Below, piece by piece: positions 23,709 to 34,116 of a DNA stretch of 34,116 nt. The first letter of the stretch is position 1; the number at the start of each line of letters is the position of its first letter. This stretch comes from Octopus sinensis (lineage: Eukaryota). Position numbers and translations under genes: made by a program. The stretch lies in contig NW_021831702.1 in assembly GCF_006345805.1 (NCBI RefSeq), positions 1 to 34,116 of the forward strand, in the 5' to 3' direction. The notes under the pieces were generated by a model. That model had not been told where the DNA came from and made no database searches. It worked only from the letters and a program-made list of their open reading frames with translations.

Positions 23709-24273
23709 TTCCGCATATGCGCATTGGTGTTTTACTTCAACACTTGAACAAGGAGGACATGAGCTAGTGTATTCTGTCCTAAAACTGAAAATTAAGAAGT
23801 CCGTGCGAGGTAGGTGATTTTGTTTGTTTTGAGCCGGGCGTGATTTATTGTTTTGGAATGTTTTTCAGTAAATTTCGCCCAGCTCCGGGACAATTTCGCC
23901 TGCTCTCGGCGACTATTGTGATTTTTGCTTGTTGAAAAAATGTTGGGGGTGTATCCCCGCCCAAAAATTGAAGTTATTTCCAGTCATTAAAAATTTTTGT
24001 GGCCCATTGTGGCGAAGATTCGTCTTCTGTGGATTTAAGATTCCAGCTCTGAGTACCAGCCAAAGGAGAGGGCCAGGAGTACATGTGGCCGGAATTGTGT
24101 AGTTGCCATTTGGAACCATATTTGTATTTCTTCCGTGTTTTTCCTTCTGTTTTTTGAACTGTCCTTTTTGTTTTCTTTTGTCGTATTTTTTACTATTTAT
24201 TTTTCGTTCGGACTTTTTGTTTTTCTCTTTCTAGTGTATTTCTATTTTTGTGGACATTTGAACTTTCTTCCTC

Positions 24274-24985
24274 TTGACGATAAAGAATGGTGCCGCTGCT
24301 TTGGAGTGGGAGATTGTCCCACCCAAGCAGCGGATAAAAGATATGGAGGAGAGAATGGTGGTGGTTAGAACTTATTCTAAAGTTCTTGATTCCATCGCCG
24401 TCTTCCCAAAACCAGTTATAGAAAATGAACTGAAAGACTATTTGTGCTCTGTGAAACACATATCCCATGGTTTCAAACATGCAACCGTATGGTTTCTGTT
24501 TGACATCCGGGAAATGGCTCACAAATTTGCGAGTCAGCCTTTAGAGGGCAACGAAATTCTGTTCCTCCCGTTGTACAGCGGGAGGAAATTAATAAGAGCC
24601 TGAGTATGTGGGTTACCCCCAGGCACCAAGGCGGGTTGGATTGAAGATACCATCGGACGGGGACTGGGGGATAGCGGGCCCAGACTCTTAAATGTAAGGG
24701 TATTGCCGGCGGTCGACTGGGAAGGGTCAAGAGCGATTTTAACCCTGTGGACCCCATCGGCCGCAACAGATCTGGTTTTTCCAGATTTTTTTTAAATGGC
24801 TGGCTGCAGGTATCCGGTGATACTTGAGGGACGTCCCCACAAGTGTCACTCGTGCCTGCAGCCAGGCCACATTAAAAAGAACTGCCCCCAGGACCATGGT
24901 AAGGTCCTGGAACAGTCACTGGATGCCACCTCCCCTACCCGGTCAAAGGGAGAGGTGGATGTGGTTGAGGAGGCTGAAGACAACT
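24274..24985 (+). pseudogene. Decayed ORF1 (gag-like, CCHC zinc knuckle) of a Tx1/L1-type non-LTR retrotransposon
   Basis: ORFs 24274-24603 and 24796-25038 share one frame, broken by TGA 24601 and TAA 24793. Read-through gives ...YSGRKLIRA*VCGLPPGT...YPVILEGRPHK-CHSCLQPGHIKKNC (CX2CX4HX4C, 24844-24885). 23709-24273 is a plausible 5' UTR. Confidence 0.75.
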
Positions 24986-25697
24986 GTTGTGTTATTATGA
25001 TTCTAGCCAACTTCAGTTCCGGTTGTAATTCCTCGTAATGAAATATTCAAGCCTTATAACTATGTTAAATGTCAAAATTTATAAAACAAGAGGCTTTAAT
25101 TACAAACCACAGTAATTGTTTCTGCGCAGTGGTAACAGCTGTTAGTTGCTGAGTTTCCATATCATATTATTATATAAATTATTTTATAAATAATAATTAC
25201 ATGAATAGATATGATCCAGTAACAGTTGTGTGCCGGCACATCATCAGGTGAGTGGCTTTGATATATTAAATGTCTACATGCAGGCAGTTCCACATAAAAA
25301 CTGACTGAAAGAGATATCAAAAACCATTTAAACTCTACTTCAGAGATGAGACATTTTCCGAAACTATTTACTTTTTCATTAATATTTCGATTACTTTTGT
25401 CTCCCGTTGTCATCAAGTGTCTTATACCAGGCTATATTCATAAAACTGGACAAGATTAGAACCAGGAAACGTAATTTCCAAACTGATATCAAACCACTTG
25501 TGACATGTTGACAGAGTGGTCAAAGGATCGAATAAAAGAGGCGCAGTAGTATTTGCACGGACTTTCTATGCATCTAGTTCAAAACCTGCAAAGATCAACT
25601 TGTTCTTTCATCTTTTTACATTTAATAAAACGTAGCAACAAGGATGGTGGGTTGACTGAATTTTAAAAGGGGTCGGACCGAATACCTAGCGTGATTT

Positions 25698-25793
25698 GCG
25701 TCTTAAATTCAAATCCCACCATGGCTTGGCGTCTTAAATTCAAATCCCACCATGGCTTGGCGTCTTAAATTCAAATCCCACCATGGCTTGGCG
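25698..25793. repeat. Perfect 31-bp tandem triplication
   Basis: GCGTCTTAAATTCAAATCCCACCATGGCTTG at 25698, 25729 and 25760. Confidence 0.95.
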
Positions 25794-26300
25794 CGGTGAT
25801 AAGCATAAGCAGTCACTCAATTTAACACCACCACCTCAACTCTAGCCCCTTGGATGTCTTTAGCAGGGCCCACTCTATTGCAAGTATTCGGACCGAGATT
25901 GAGGACAACTTCCAAACAAGTTTGAGGTTGGTGGGCACTGCGTTACCTCTTCACTAAAAGATAAAAAGATAACTGAGCTATCGCTATCATAGTGGAAGAC
26001 AGGAATACATACAGGTGTACCTTGACAGCTATCTCGATACGTATTGAGTGAAACATCGCCCGGAAGGATAGGAGGGTAGAGGGATGGGAAGAGGAAAGCA
26101 AGGTGTCGGGTTTGAGAACAAAATCAGTGGCAACAGTGGATGTATCACAGGACAGCATGAACACCACGATATTCACCTGTTTCACTCTATCGTAACCACT
26201 ACTTTTTGTACTCCTCTGATTTAGTCGAGGGACCGAGGGAGGTTCGGTTCAGTGGGTCAAACTGCAAGACATGGTAACCAAATTTCTACCAACAATTTAA

Positions 26301-26474
26301 TAGGAGTGGCTGTGTGGGAAGTTGCTTGCTTACCAACTACATTGTTCCGGGTTCAGTCTCACTGTGCAGCACCTTGGGCAAGTGTCTTCTACTATACCCT
26401 GGGCCGACCAAAGCCTTGTGAGTGGATCTGGTAGACGGAAGCTGAAAGAAACACGTCGTATATAGTATATATAA

Positions 26475-26542
<68 letters not shown>

Positions 26543-26776
26543 GTGTGTGTGGTGTGTGTGTGTGTGTGGTATGTTTGTTTGTCTATGTTTGTCCCCCACA
26601 CCATCGATTGACAACCGATGCTGGTGTGTTTACGTCCTCGTAACTTAGAGGTTCAGCAAAAGAGACCGATAGAATAAGTTCTAGGCTTACAAAGAATAAG
26701 TCCTGGAGTCGGCTAAAAGGTGGTGCTCCAACATGGTCACAGTCAAATGACTGAAACAAGTAAAAGAGTAAAAGAG
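26301..26776 (+). mobile_element. SINE family C, near full length
   Basis: Head, internal TA/TG array and tail ending CAAGTAAAAGAGTAAAAGAG. Confidence 0.9.
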
Positions 26777-27753
26777 AAGAGAAGGATAAATTGGAAACAG
26801 TTCTAAATATGTGATAGTCACATTTGGGATGTCTTTCGTTATGCATGTGATATTAGTCAAGGCTGACCAAGGGATGAGATGATCTACCACAACAACAGCA
26901 ACAATAAAACCATCAGAACCACCACCACGACCCTCACCACCACACCAGCACCACCACCACCACACCACTACCACCGCCACCAGCTCCACAATAGCGAACA
27001 ATACCAGCGACATCAGTAGCACCACCAACTCGAATACCACAAAAGCAACACCATCGCTACCACTACCAGCACCACCGCCACCGCCACCACCACCACAACC
27101 ACTACCGCCGCCACCACCACAGCTCCAACGAGTGTATTAAAGCCGAGTAAGAAGCCTTCTGCTCAAATGAAATACCTTAATGAGAGTCTCTGGAAGCCGA
27201 CGACAACGAAAACGAGGCTGGAGCAAGGCTGGTGTCTTCGAGTGTGCAGCAGCAGCAGCAGCAGCAGCAGCAGCGGCAGCTCAGCTACATTAGAAGCTAA
27301 CACCAGGAAACCATTAACGTAATTGCTTGACGAAGGAAACACACCATGCCTCATGTTTCTGCAGCTTGCCAAGATGTAATCTCGTTACTGCACCACTTAT
27401 GCAGCGCACACGTCTTGAGAGATGCAATGGTAGAGGAGGGGGAGGGAGGAGGAGGGAGGAGGAGGAGGAGGAGGGAGGTGGAAGAGAGAGAGAGAGAGAG
27501 AGGAGGGTAGAGAAGGGAACAGGGAAAAGGGAGACGGAGGAAAATGTATACAGGTTGAGAGAAAAATCAATGGAGATTATTTGCGTACGTACTTATCTAG
27601 TATCGCTCATCCACCAATGTATATGTATATGTGCGTATACGTCTGTGCGTGTACTTACATAGATAAATAAAAATGCATATATATATACATTATATATGTA
27701 TATATATATATATGTATGTTTATATAATATATAATATATATATATATATATAG

Positions 27754-27784
<31 letters not shown>

Positions 27785-27933
27785 TGTGTATGTATATACA
27801 TACATAGGTATGTATGTATGTATGTATGTATGTATGTATGTATGTATGTATGTATGTATATATGTATGTATGTATGTATTTATGTATGCATGCATGTATA
27901 CATCTAACTGTACGTACAATACATACTATAAAT

Positions 27934-28109
27934 GGCGCAGGAGAGGCTGTGTGGTAAGTAGCTTGCCTACCAACCACATGGTTCCGGGTTCAGTCCCACT
28001 GCGTGGCACCTTGGGCAAGAGTCTTCTACTATAGCCTCGCGCCGACCAAAGCCTTGTGAGTGGAGTGGAGTTGGTAGACGGAAACTGAAAGAAGCCCGTC
28101 GTATATATG
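27934..28109 (+). mobile_element. SINE family C, 5' half ending at its internal microsatellite
   Basis: GGCGCAGGAGAGGCTGTGTGGTAAGTAGC...GAAAGAAGCCCGTCGTATATATG. Confidence 0.88.
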
Positions 28110-28270
28110 TCTCCTGGTTCCACACCACCACTTCTTTGGCCCCGTCAAGGTGTCATTAGCAGAGTCCCATCTGTTAACAGCATTTGGGCCAAGTCTCCGC
28201 TTTAAGGGTACTTTATCCCCCACCTTCATCCTCGATTCCTCAAGAGGGTCATGGGCACTTTCTTCTCTCC
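28110..28270 (-). mobile_element. Possible LTR-retrotransposon (Gypsy-like) integrase C-terminal fragment
   Basis: Translation MKVGDKVPLKRRLGPNAVNRWD resembles the xxGDxVLLK...W segment after Gypsy integrases. Short and weak. Confidence 0.25.
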
Positions 28271-28435
28271 TGACTAAAGATAAAAATCAATAATTTATCA
28301 AATTAATAATGCATCTGATAGATTTTGTTTTACGAAATCAGCAGATTATTATAATGAAGCAGTGCAGCTCAGCAGTTTCAAGAAAAAATATAATTGTAGG
28401 AAAATGATAATATTATTTGATAAAACTGAAAACTT

Positions 28436-28667
28436 TAAATAGCTTGCTTACGAACCACGTCCCACTGCGTGGCAACTTGGGCAAGTGTCTTCTACTATAG
28501 CCTCGGGCCGACCAAAGCCTTGTGAATGGATTTGGTAGACGGAAACTGAGAGAAGCCCGTCGTATATATGTATATTATATATATGTATATATATATATAT
28601 ATATGTAGGTCCGGGTTGATTCGGGGTTAACCACAGTAAATAAGGTACTCAATACATGTAGAGTATA

Positions 28668-28721
<54 letters not shown>

Positions 28722-28804
28722 TAATATATATATGATATGTGTGGGTGTTGTGTTGTGTGTCTGTGTGTGTGTGTGTTGTGTGTATGTATGTATGTATGTA
28801 TGTA

Positions 28805-28841
<37 letters not shown>

Positions 28842-29047
28842 ACGTTTGTGTGTCTGTGTTTGTCGCCCCTACATCGCTTGACAATCGATGCTGGTGTGTT
28901 TACGTCCCCGTAACTTAGCGGTTCGGCAAAAGAGACCGATAGAATAAGTTCTAGGCTTACAAAGAATAAGTCCTGGGGTCGATTTGCTCGACTAAAGGCG
29001 GTGCTCCAGCATGGCCACAGTCAAATGACTGGCACAAGTAAAAGAGT
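28436..29047 (+). mobile_element. SINE family C lacking its first ~22 nt, with an expanded internal microsatellite and a nested insert
   Basis: Starts TAAATAGCTTGCTTAC. Internal array ~28563-28850 contains a non-repetitive insert at 28605-28672. Tail intact. Confidence 0.88.
28605..28672 (-). mobile_element. Short (TA)n-embedded insert related to the tail of the 1669-1893 element
   Basis: Reverse complement has TACTCTAC-atGTATT-GAGTAC versus TACTCTACcactgGTATTTGAGTAC at 1827-1851. Confidence 0.45.
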
Positions 29048-29969
29048 TCTGTTGTAAAACACTCATACCCCAGTTTATGTAGAGCACATTCACTTTTTGC
29101 TTAAAATCGAGTTAAAAAAAAAGCTCTTTATAATATTTCCAATATTATTATGAATATTGCTAACTTGTTCCTGTTTCAAAATTTGGCTACAGAACTAGCA
29201 AACAATACCAATTGTCATTGTTATAATCTCGATAAGCGTTCCTTAAACAGATTTCGACTGTCAAATCCCATTGTTTAATGCATGACGTTTTTAAAGGACA
29301 ATGATCCTGCGTTCATCACCATTTTATATTATTTTGACTATAATATAATGATGACATTAGTTTGACTAAAAGCCTTTTAAAATTAAGATACAATTTGACT
29401 GAAAAGCATTCTTAGAAATCCTGATTCAGTATTACGTTCTCTGAATACATTTCGATGCTGAAGAACAAGAAAATAACGAATTTTAAAAGTATTTGAAATG
29501 CGTAACAACAGCTTAAACAATAAACACAAATATTTCTCTCAGAAGTTTCATCTTTATAATGCATTCACAGCTTAATATCAAAAACAAAACTTTGTTTAAT
29601 CATTTCGACAATTTTAACACGTGAACACTGAAGTATTTTGATCAAAATTTTGCAAGCGATATCAGCCAATCAAAAGTCTTCCAGTTGTGTAGTCACTTCT
29701 CTAATATTTCATTCATATTTAACAATTATTTTTTCCATAAATATTAATCAAAGTTCATTAGTTTATAATTCATATTATCGCCCGAAGAACGGAATTGTAA
29801 AGAATGGAGATACAATCTCTGAAGTTTCAGCTTTAAATATCTATAGGTATGTATGTATGTATGTATGTATGTATGTATGTATGTATGTATGTATGTATGT
29901 ATGTATGTACATGTCCATGATCTTATGCATATATGTAGGCACTTATCTGTATATTAATGTGTGTATGTG

Positions 29970-30002
<33 letters not shown>

Positions 30003-30334
30003 GTATACATATATGCGTGTGTGTTTATATATATGTGTTCCCTTTTTGTATCATCCAACTGTCTGGAATATTTGTTGTCGCCTGTTGCGTTCTTGTCCCA
30101 TTATTTGCTTATTTAATATATACATACATACACGCACACATATTCAAGCAAAAGTTATAAATCTCATTAAGGGATAATAAAATCCAATGAAAATACTGGT
30201 TACCAATCCATAGAAAGTTCACCTATAAAGTCACCATATAAACCGTGGTTCATGTATTTATATAATTTAAAGAATAAAGAGAAAATGGAGAGGTAATTAA
30301 TAAAATAGTATTTATTAATTATAAAATAGGACAA

Positions 30335-30424
30335 CATCTCTGACAGCTGTTTCGAGTCAGTAATCTTTAGATAATTAATTTATAAAATTGAAATCATTAT
30401 AAGATTTATTTCTTCAGAGGTAGT
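30335..30424 (-). ncRNA. Hammerhead-like motif with intact core and eroded stems (Penelope-type)
   Basis: Minus strand: CUGAAGA (30417-11), AU-rich stem II region (AAUCUU/AAGAUU), GAAA, palindromic ACAGCUGU, cleavage GUC, then AGAG. Only ~2 bp of stem I. Confidence 0.5.
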
Positions 30425-30647
30425 AAGGATATACCGATTAGAAATACATGCTGAGATAACGGCTACAAATCGTTAACTGATAGCATTTATATATATATAT
30501 ACAAAAAGAGCCGGTTATAGAAGGCATCAATCCAAAATAGGGGGTGAAGGTAGTGTATATTTTATGCCTCAAAGAAAGAAAAGATTGATATAATATCATA
30601 GGATATTGAGAAAGAGAAAAAGAAAAAGAAGAAAAACGCATGTATAT

Positions 30648-30823
30648 AGGCGTAGGAGTGGCTGTGTGGTAAGTAGCTTGTTTACTAACCACATGGTTCC
30701 GGGTTCAGTCCCACTACGTGGCACCTTGGGCAACTGTCTTCTACTATAGCCTCGGGCCGACCAAAGCCTTGTGAGTAGATTTGGTAGACGGAAACTGAAA
30801 GAAGCCCGTCGTATGTATATGTG

Positions 30824-30864
<41 letters not shown>

Positions 30865-31090
30865 TTGTGTGTCTGTGTTTGTCCTTCCAACATCGCTTGA
30901 CAACCGATGCTGGTCTGTTTACGTCCCCCGTCACTTAGCGGCTCGGCAAAAAGAGACCGATAGAATAAGTACTAGGCTTCCAAAGAGTAAGTCCTGGGGT
31001 CGATTTTCTCGACTAAAGGCGGTGCTCCAGCATGGCCGCAGTCAAATGACTGAAAAAAGTAAACGAATAAACGAACGAACGAAACGAATA
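30648..31090 (+). mobile_element. SINE family C, full length
   Basis: Complete head, internal TA/TG array and tail; terminal repeat has drifted to (AACG)n. Confidence 0.92.
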
Positions 31091-31245
31091 TAAATATATA
31101 ATAATGCCACATAATATCATATTTACCTGTAATAATGTAATACAAAACAATTTAAAGTTATAAAATTTAAATGAAGTAGAAGCAAACCGAGGCAATTATA
31201 TATTAACCGAAGTTATCAGAAAGGGATTTATAATTTCTAAATATA

Positions 31246-31656
31246 ATCATCATCATCATCATTTAACGTCTGCTTTCCATGCTAGCACGGGTTGGACGGT
31301 TCGACCGGAGTCTGGGAAGCCAGGGCTGCACCAGGCTCCAGTCTGATCTGGCAGTGTTTCTACAGCTGGATGCCCTTCCTAACGCCAACCACTCCGCGAG
31401 TGTAGTGGGTGCTTTTTACGTGCCACCTGCACAGGTGCCAGGGTGGGGTCTGCCATCGGCCACGATCGGTTGGTGCTTTTAACGTGCCACCGGCACGGAA
31501 GCCAGCCAAGGCGGCGCTGGCATCGGCCACGTTCGGATGGTGCTTTTTATGTGCCACCGGCACAGAAGCCAGTCGAGGCGGAGCTGGCAACGGCCACGTT
31601 CGGATGGTGCTTTTTATGTGCCACCGACACAGGTATCACAACTACTATTTCCATTG
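31246..31656 (-). mobile_element. Retroposon family E with (ATG)n terminus and internal 64-67-bp tandem units
   Basis: Minus strand ends GGTTGGCGTTAGGAAGGGCATCCAGCTGTAGAAAC...GCATGGAAAGCAGACGTTAA(ATG)n. GTGCTTTT.A.GTGCCACC units start at 31409, 31473, 31540 and 31607. Confidence 0.75.
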
Positions 31657-31834
31657 ATAATGATGATATAATTTATTGCTTATGTTTATCATAACAATGA
31701 CGTAAAATTTAATGTAAATGAATAGGAAGCCTAGAATAAGAAGGCAAAGAGAAAATATCAAAATACATAATATTTCTTTACACCCATTAAGAAAATTTAT
31801 TTCAAGCCTTTAAGGTAAAAAAACAATAATGACA

Positions 31835-32395
31835 ATCTATTGGATAGGATAGGAAAAAAATTTATTTAATTTCAGGCATACAGCGTTCCTTTAGAGCAGT
31901 GCTTTTCAAATTTTTTGCTGGAGCGGAACCCCAAGGAAACATTCCACTGGCTCGAGGAACCCCTGTACAATAATTTAATAGTCTTATGCACACATATCTG
32001 CACAGGAGACTTAAAAATTACTGCCGATTTTAGCAGTTTTGTAACTTCTTGCGGAACCCCTGCACTGTACTGGCGGAAGCCTAAGGTTCCGCGGAACCCT
32101 GGTTGAAAACCACTGCTTTAGAGAAACCGGAAGTAAATATGCTATGAAATTTTTAGGTATTTCCTTAGACCTCAAAACTAATTCTTATAAGCCTTTCTAT
32201 AAGACTAACGAGAAACTTAAATCTATTAATAAGCATTATTTTCATCCGCCTATTGTATTTAAGAATTTAATTTCATTTATTAGCCGTAAGATCACATGTC
32301 TTCTTCTAGAGAAATATTCGAAAAGACTGCCCAAGTTGTAATAAGGCTCAACAGGATGGCAGCCTTACTGATAAAATCTTTTACAATCCTCCACC
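31835..32395 (+). pseudogene. Decayed Penelope-like element reverse transcriptase fragment (end of palm and thumb), interrupted by a MITE
   Basis: LDRIGKKFI*FQAY, then the MITE, then KFLGISLDLKTNSYKPFYKTNEKLKSINKHYFHPPIVFKNL..ISRKI, then frameshifted REIFEKTA and NKAQQDGSLTDKIFY. This fits the recalled PLE pattern FLDV.L.L....YKPY.KPN....YI...SNHPP.... Confidence 0.8.
31897..32115. mobile_element. hAT (Charlie/Buster-type) MITE, 219 bp
   Basis: TIRs CAGTGCTTTTCAA and TTGAAAACCACTG. Perfect 8-bp TSD CTTTAGAG (31889-96, 32116-23) with central TA. Repeated GGAACCC subterminal motifs. Confidence 0.93.
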
Positions 32396-32624
32396 TCCGC
32401 TATCATCCAGTCATAGGTATTTGACTCGGAAAGTTTTAGTGATCGACCCCCACTTACTTTCGTAATGTTTAGACAGCCGTAGGTGGAAGATTCTTGCACT
32501 TTCGTAGAACCAATAGAACACGATTGAAATTACCTTTTCTTGAATCCTTATGTTAAGCCATATATCAATAAGCAACAGACGACTCAAGCCTACTCAGGGT
32601 GCACTAATAGGGACATATCAAAAT

Positions 32625-32674
32625 GGCCCCTAAGGTAGAAAGGCTAATGATAATGAAGACGACGACGACGGTGG

Positions 32675-32708
<34 letters not shown>

Positions 32709-32812
32709 AATGATGATGATGATGAGGAGGAGGAGGAGGAGGTGGAGGAGGAGGAGGATGGTGATGATGATGATGACGATGGCGGCGGCGGCGACAATGA
32801 CGATGATGACTA
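32625..32812. repeat. (GAT)n/(GAG)n/(GGC)n microsatellite
   Basis: Direct reading. Confidence 0.9.
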
Positions 32813-33442
32813 TATAACATGCTTTTTTTATGATAGAATCACGTGATTTGGAGATTTGGCTGCTATTTGTAGTTAGTCAAGAAATCATGGTTAGAGGAGT
32901 AGATTAGAGGACTATCAGGCAGACGAGAGAGACTTTATTAGGAGAGCAACTTTTATCACCGCCTTTTTTTTTTATAAACATAAAAAAAAACTTGCAACGA
33001 AAAATTAAAAACAAAACAAACAATACCAACTGCAATAAAAAAATATCTAAAAATTTAACGAAAATAAAAACAAAAAGTACAATAAAAACCACCAAAAGAC
33101 AATAACAACAGATTCCAGTATTTGAACAAGATTTCTGTATTGGAAGTGTTATCGTTACTTCTACTGTACTCTTGTGGTTTGGTTGCTAAGTGCCAAGTTA
33201 AGATGGTTGTTTGATGTGTTTAAGTGTGTGACGAGACAACAATCACAGCCAGAATTCATGCTGGGACAATTTATCCGGCAATAGATGAGAAATGCAGGAG
33301 AAATTAATTAGAAGCTGTAGCCATTGGCTGTGGCTATTAACTGTGGCTGGAGACGGCGATTTGGCAGGGGTGGTCAGTATGGTTGATAGAATGCCTCGCC
33401 GCTTTTGCACCGACACTGCGTTGTGAGATCAAATCAATTGGA

Positions 33443-33844
33443 TACTCTTTTACTTGTTTCAGTCATTTGACAGCGGCCATGCTGGAGCACCGCCTTTAGT
33501 CGAGCAAATCGACGCCAGGACTTATCCTTTGTAAGCCTAGTACTTATTCTATCGGTGTCTTTTGCCGAACCGCTAAGTTACTGTGATGCAAACACACCAG
33601 CATCGGTTGTCAAGCGATGTTGGGGGGACAAATACAGACACACAAACACACCCACACATATTTATATATACATATACACGACGGGCTTCTTTCAGTTTCC
33701 TTCTACCAAATCCACTCACAAGGCTTTGATCGACTCGAGGCTATAGTAGAAGACACTTGCCCAAGGTGTGCCACGCAGTGAGACTGAACCCGGAACTATG
33801 TGGTTGGTAAGAAAGCTTCTTACCACACAGCCACCCCTGCGCCT
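33443..33844 (-). mobile_element. SINE family C, full length
   Basis: Colinear with 7218-7617 from tail to head CACAGCCACCCCTGCGCCT. Confidence 0.92.
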
Positions 33845-33950
33845 AGAATGTTAACTTTCCCTTTTTTGCCTGGATGTTAACTTTCCCTTTTTCATTTAGT
33901 GTGGAATTGTTTGAAGAGTCGAACAGGATATCTTGCTTTCTGACAACAAC

Positions 33951-34002
33951 GTCTGATGCGAAGCTAAGTCAACGGACTTTCCTTAGCTTCAAACATCGAT
34001 GA
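33951..34002 (+). ncRNA. Dead hammerhead-like motif
   Basis: CUGAUGc, perfect 9-bp stem GAAGCUAAG(33960-68)/CUUAGCUUC(33982-90), AAA, palindrome CAUCGAUG. Core A9 and G12 are lost. Confidence 0.4.
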
Positions 34003-34116
34003 AATAGATAGACTTGTAGGTATGGCCAACATCCAGTCTTCCTCCAAAAATCTTGCTCATGCGCAGATGAATGGGAAACACTGCCCGATGAATACCCAAC
34101 GCATTAGTTGTGATTA

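Noticed and set aside
25162-25416. ORF ending ELPACRH, reminiscent of a PLE GIY-YIG C-terminus
   Set aside because: Only a three-residue match; the rest does not align by eye.
25943-26185. Possible LINE endonuclease relic on minus strand (LKPDTL, YRD)
   Set aside because: Motif similarity is too weak to support without a profile search.
33839-33892. ~26-bp direct duplication ATGTTAACTTTCCCTTTTT beside a SINE head, considered as a TSD
   Set aside because: Both copies lie on the same side of the SINE, so it is a local tandem duplication.

Overview
Eukaryotic, AT-rich, repeat-saturated DNA with no supportable host protein-coding exon. It is most likely intergenic or intronic sequence of an octopus (coleoid cephalopod), inferred from recalled SINE families and the extreme microsatellite load. 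Nearly all ORFs in the track are translations of microsatellites. Real content: about 20 tRNA-derived SINE copies from at least five families, several sharing heads or tails in a modular way; two DNA-transposon MITEs with clean TIRs and 8-bp TSDs (one hAT-Charlie-like, one carrying telomeric CCCTAA repeats); a decayed Tx1/L1-like ORF1 with a CCHC zinc knuckle; a decayed Penelope-like (PLE) RT fragment; and a 12-unit G-rich minisatellite. The most interesting signal is a scattered set of hammerhead-ribozyme (HHR)-like motifs. Two occur as head-to-head inverted pairs forming near-perfect palindromes in or beside (TA)n tracts, consistent with PLE terminal-repeat remnants or a non-autonomous retrozyme-like family. 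A 16-bp duplication splitting one SINE across about 4.7 kb may mark a large old insertion. Family labels A-F are my own. Boundaries were read by eye and may be off by several bases.
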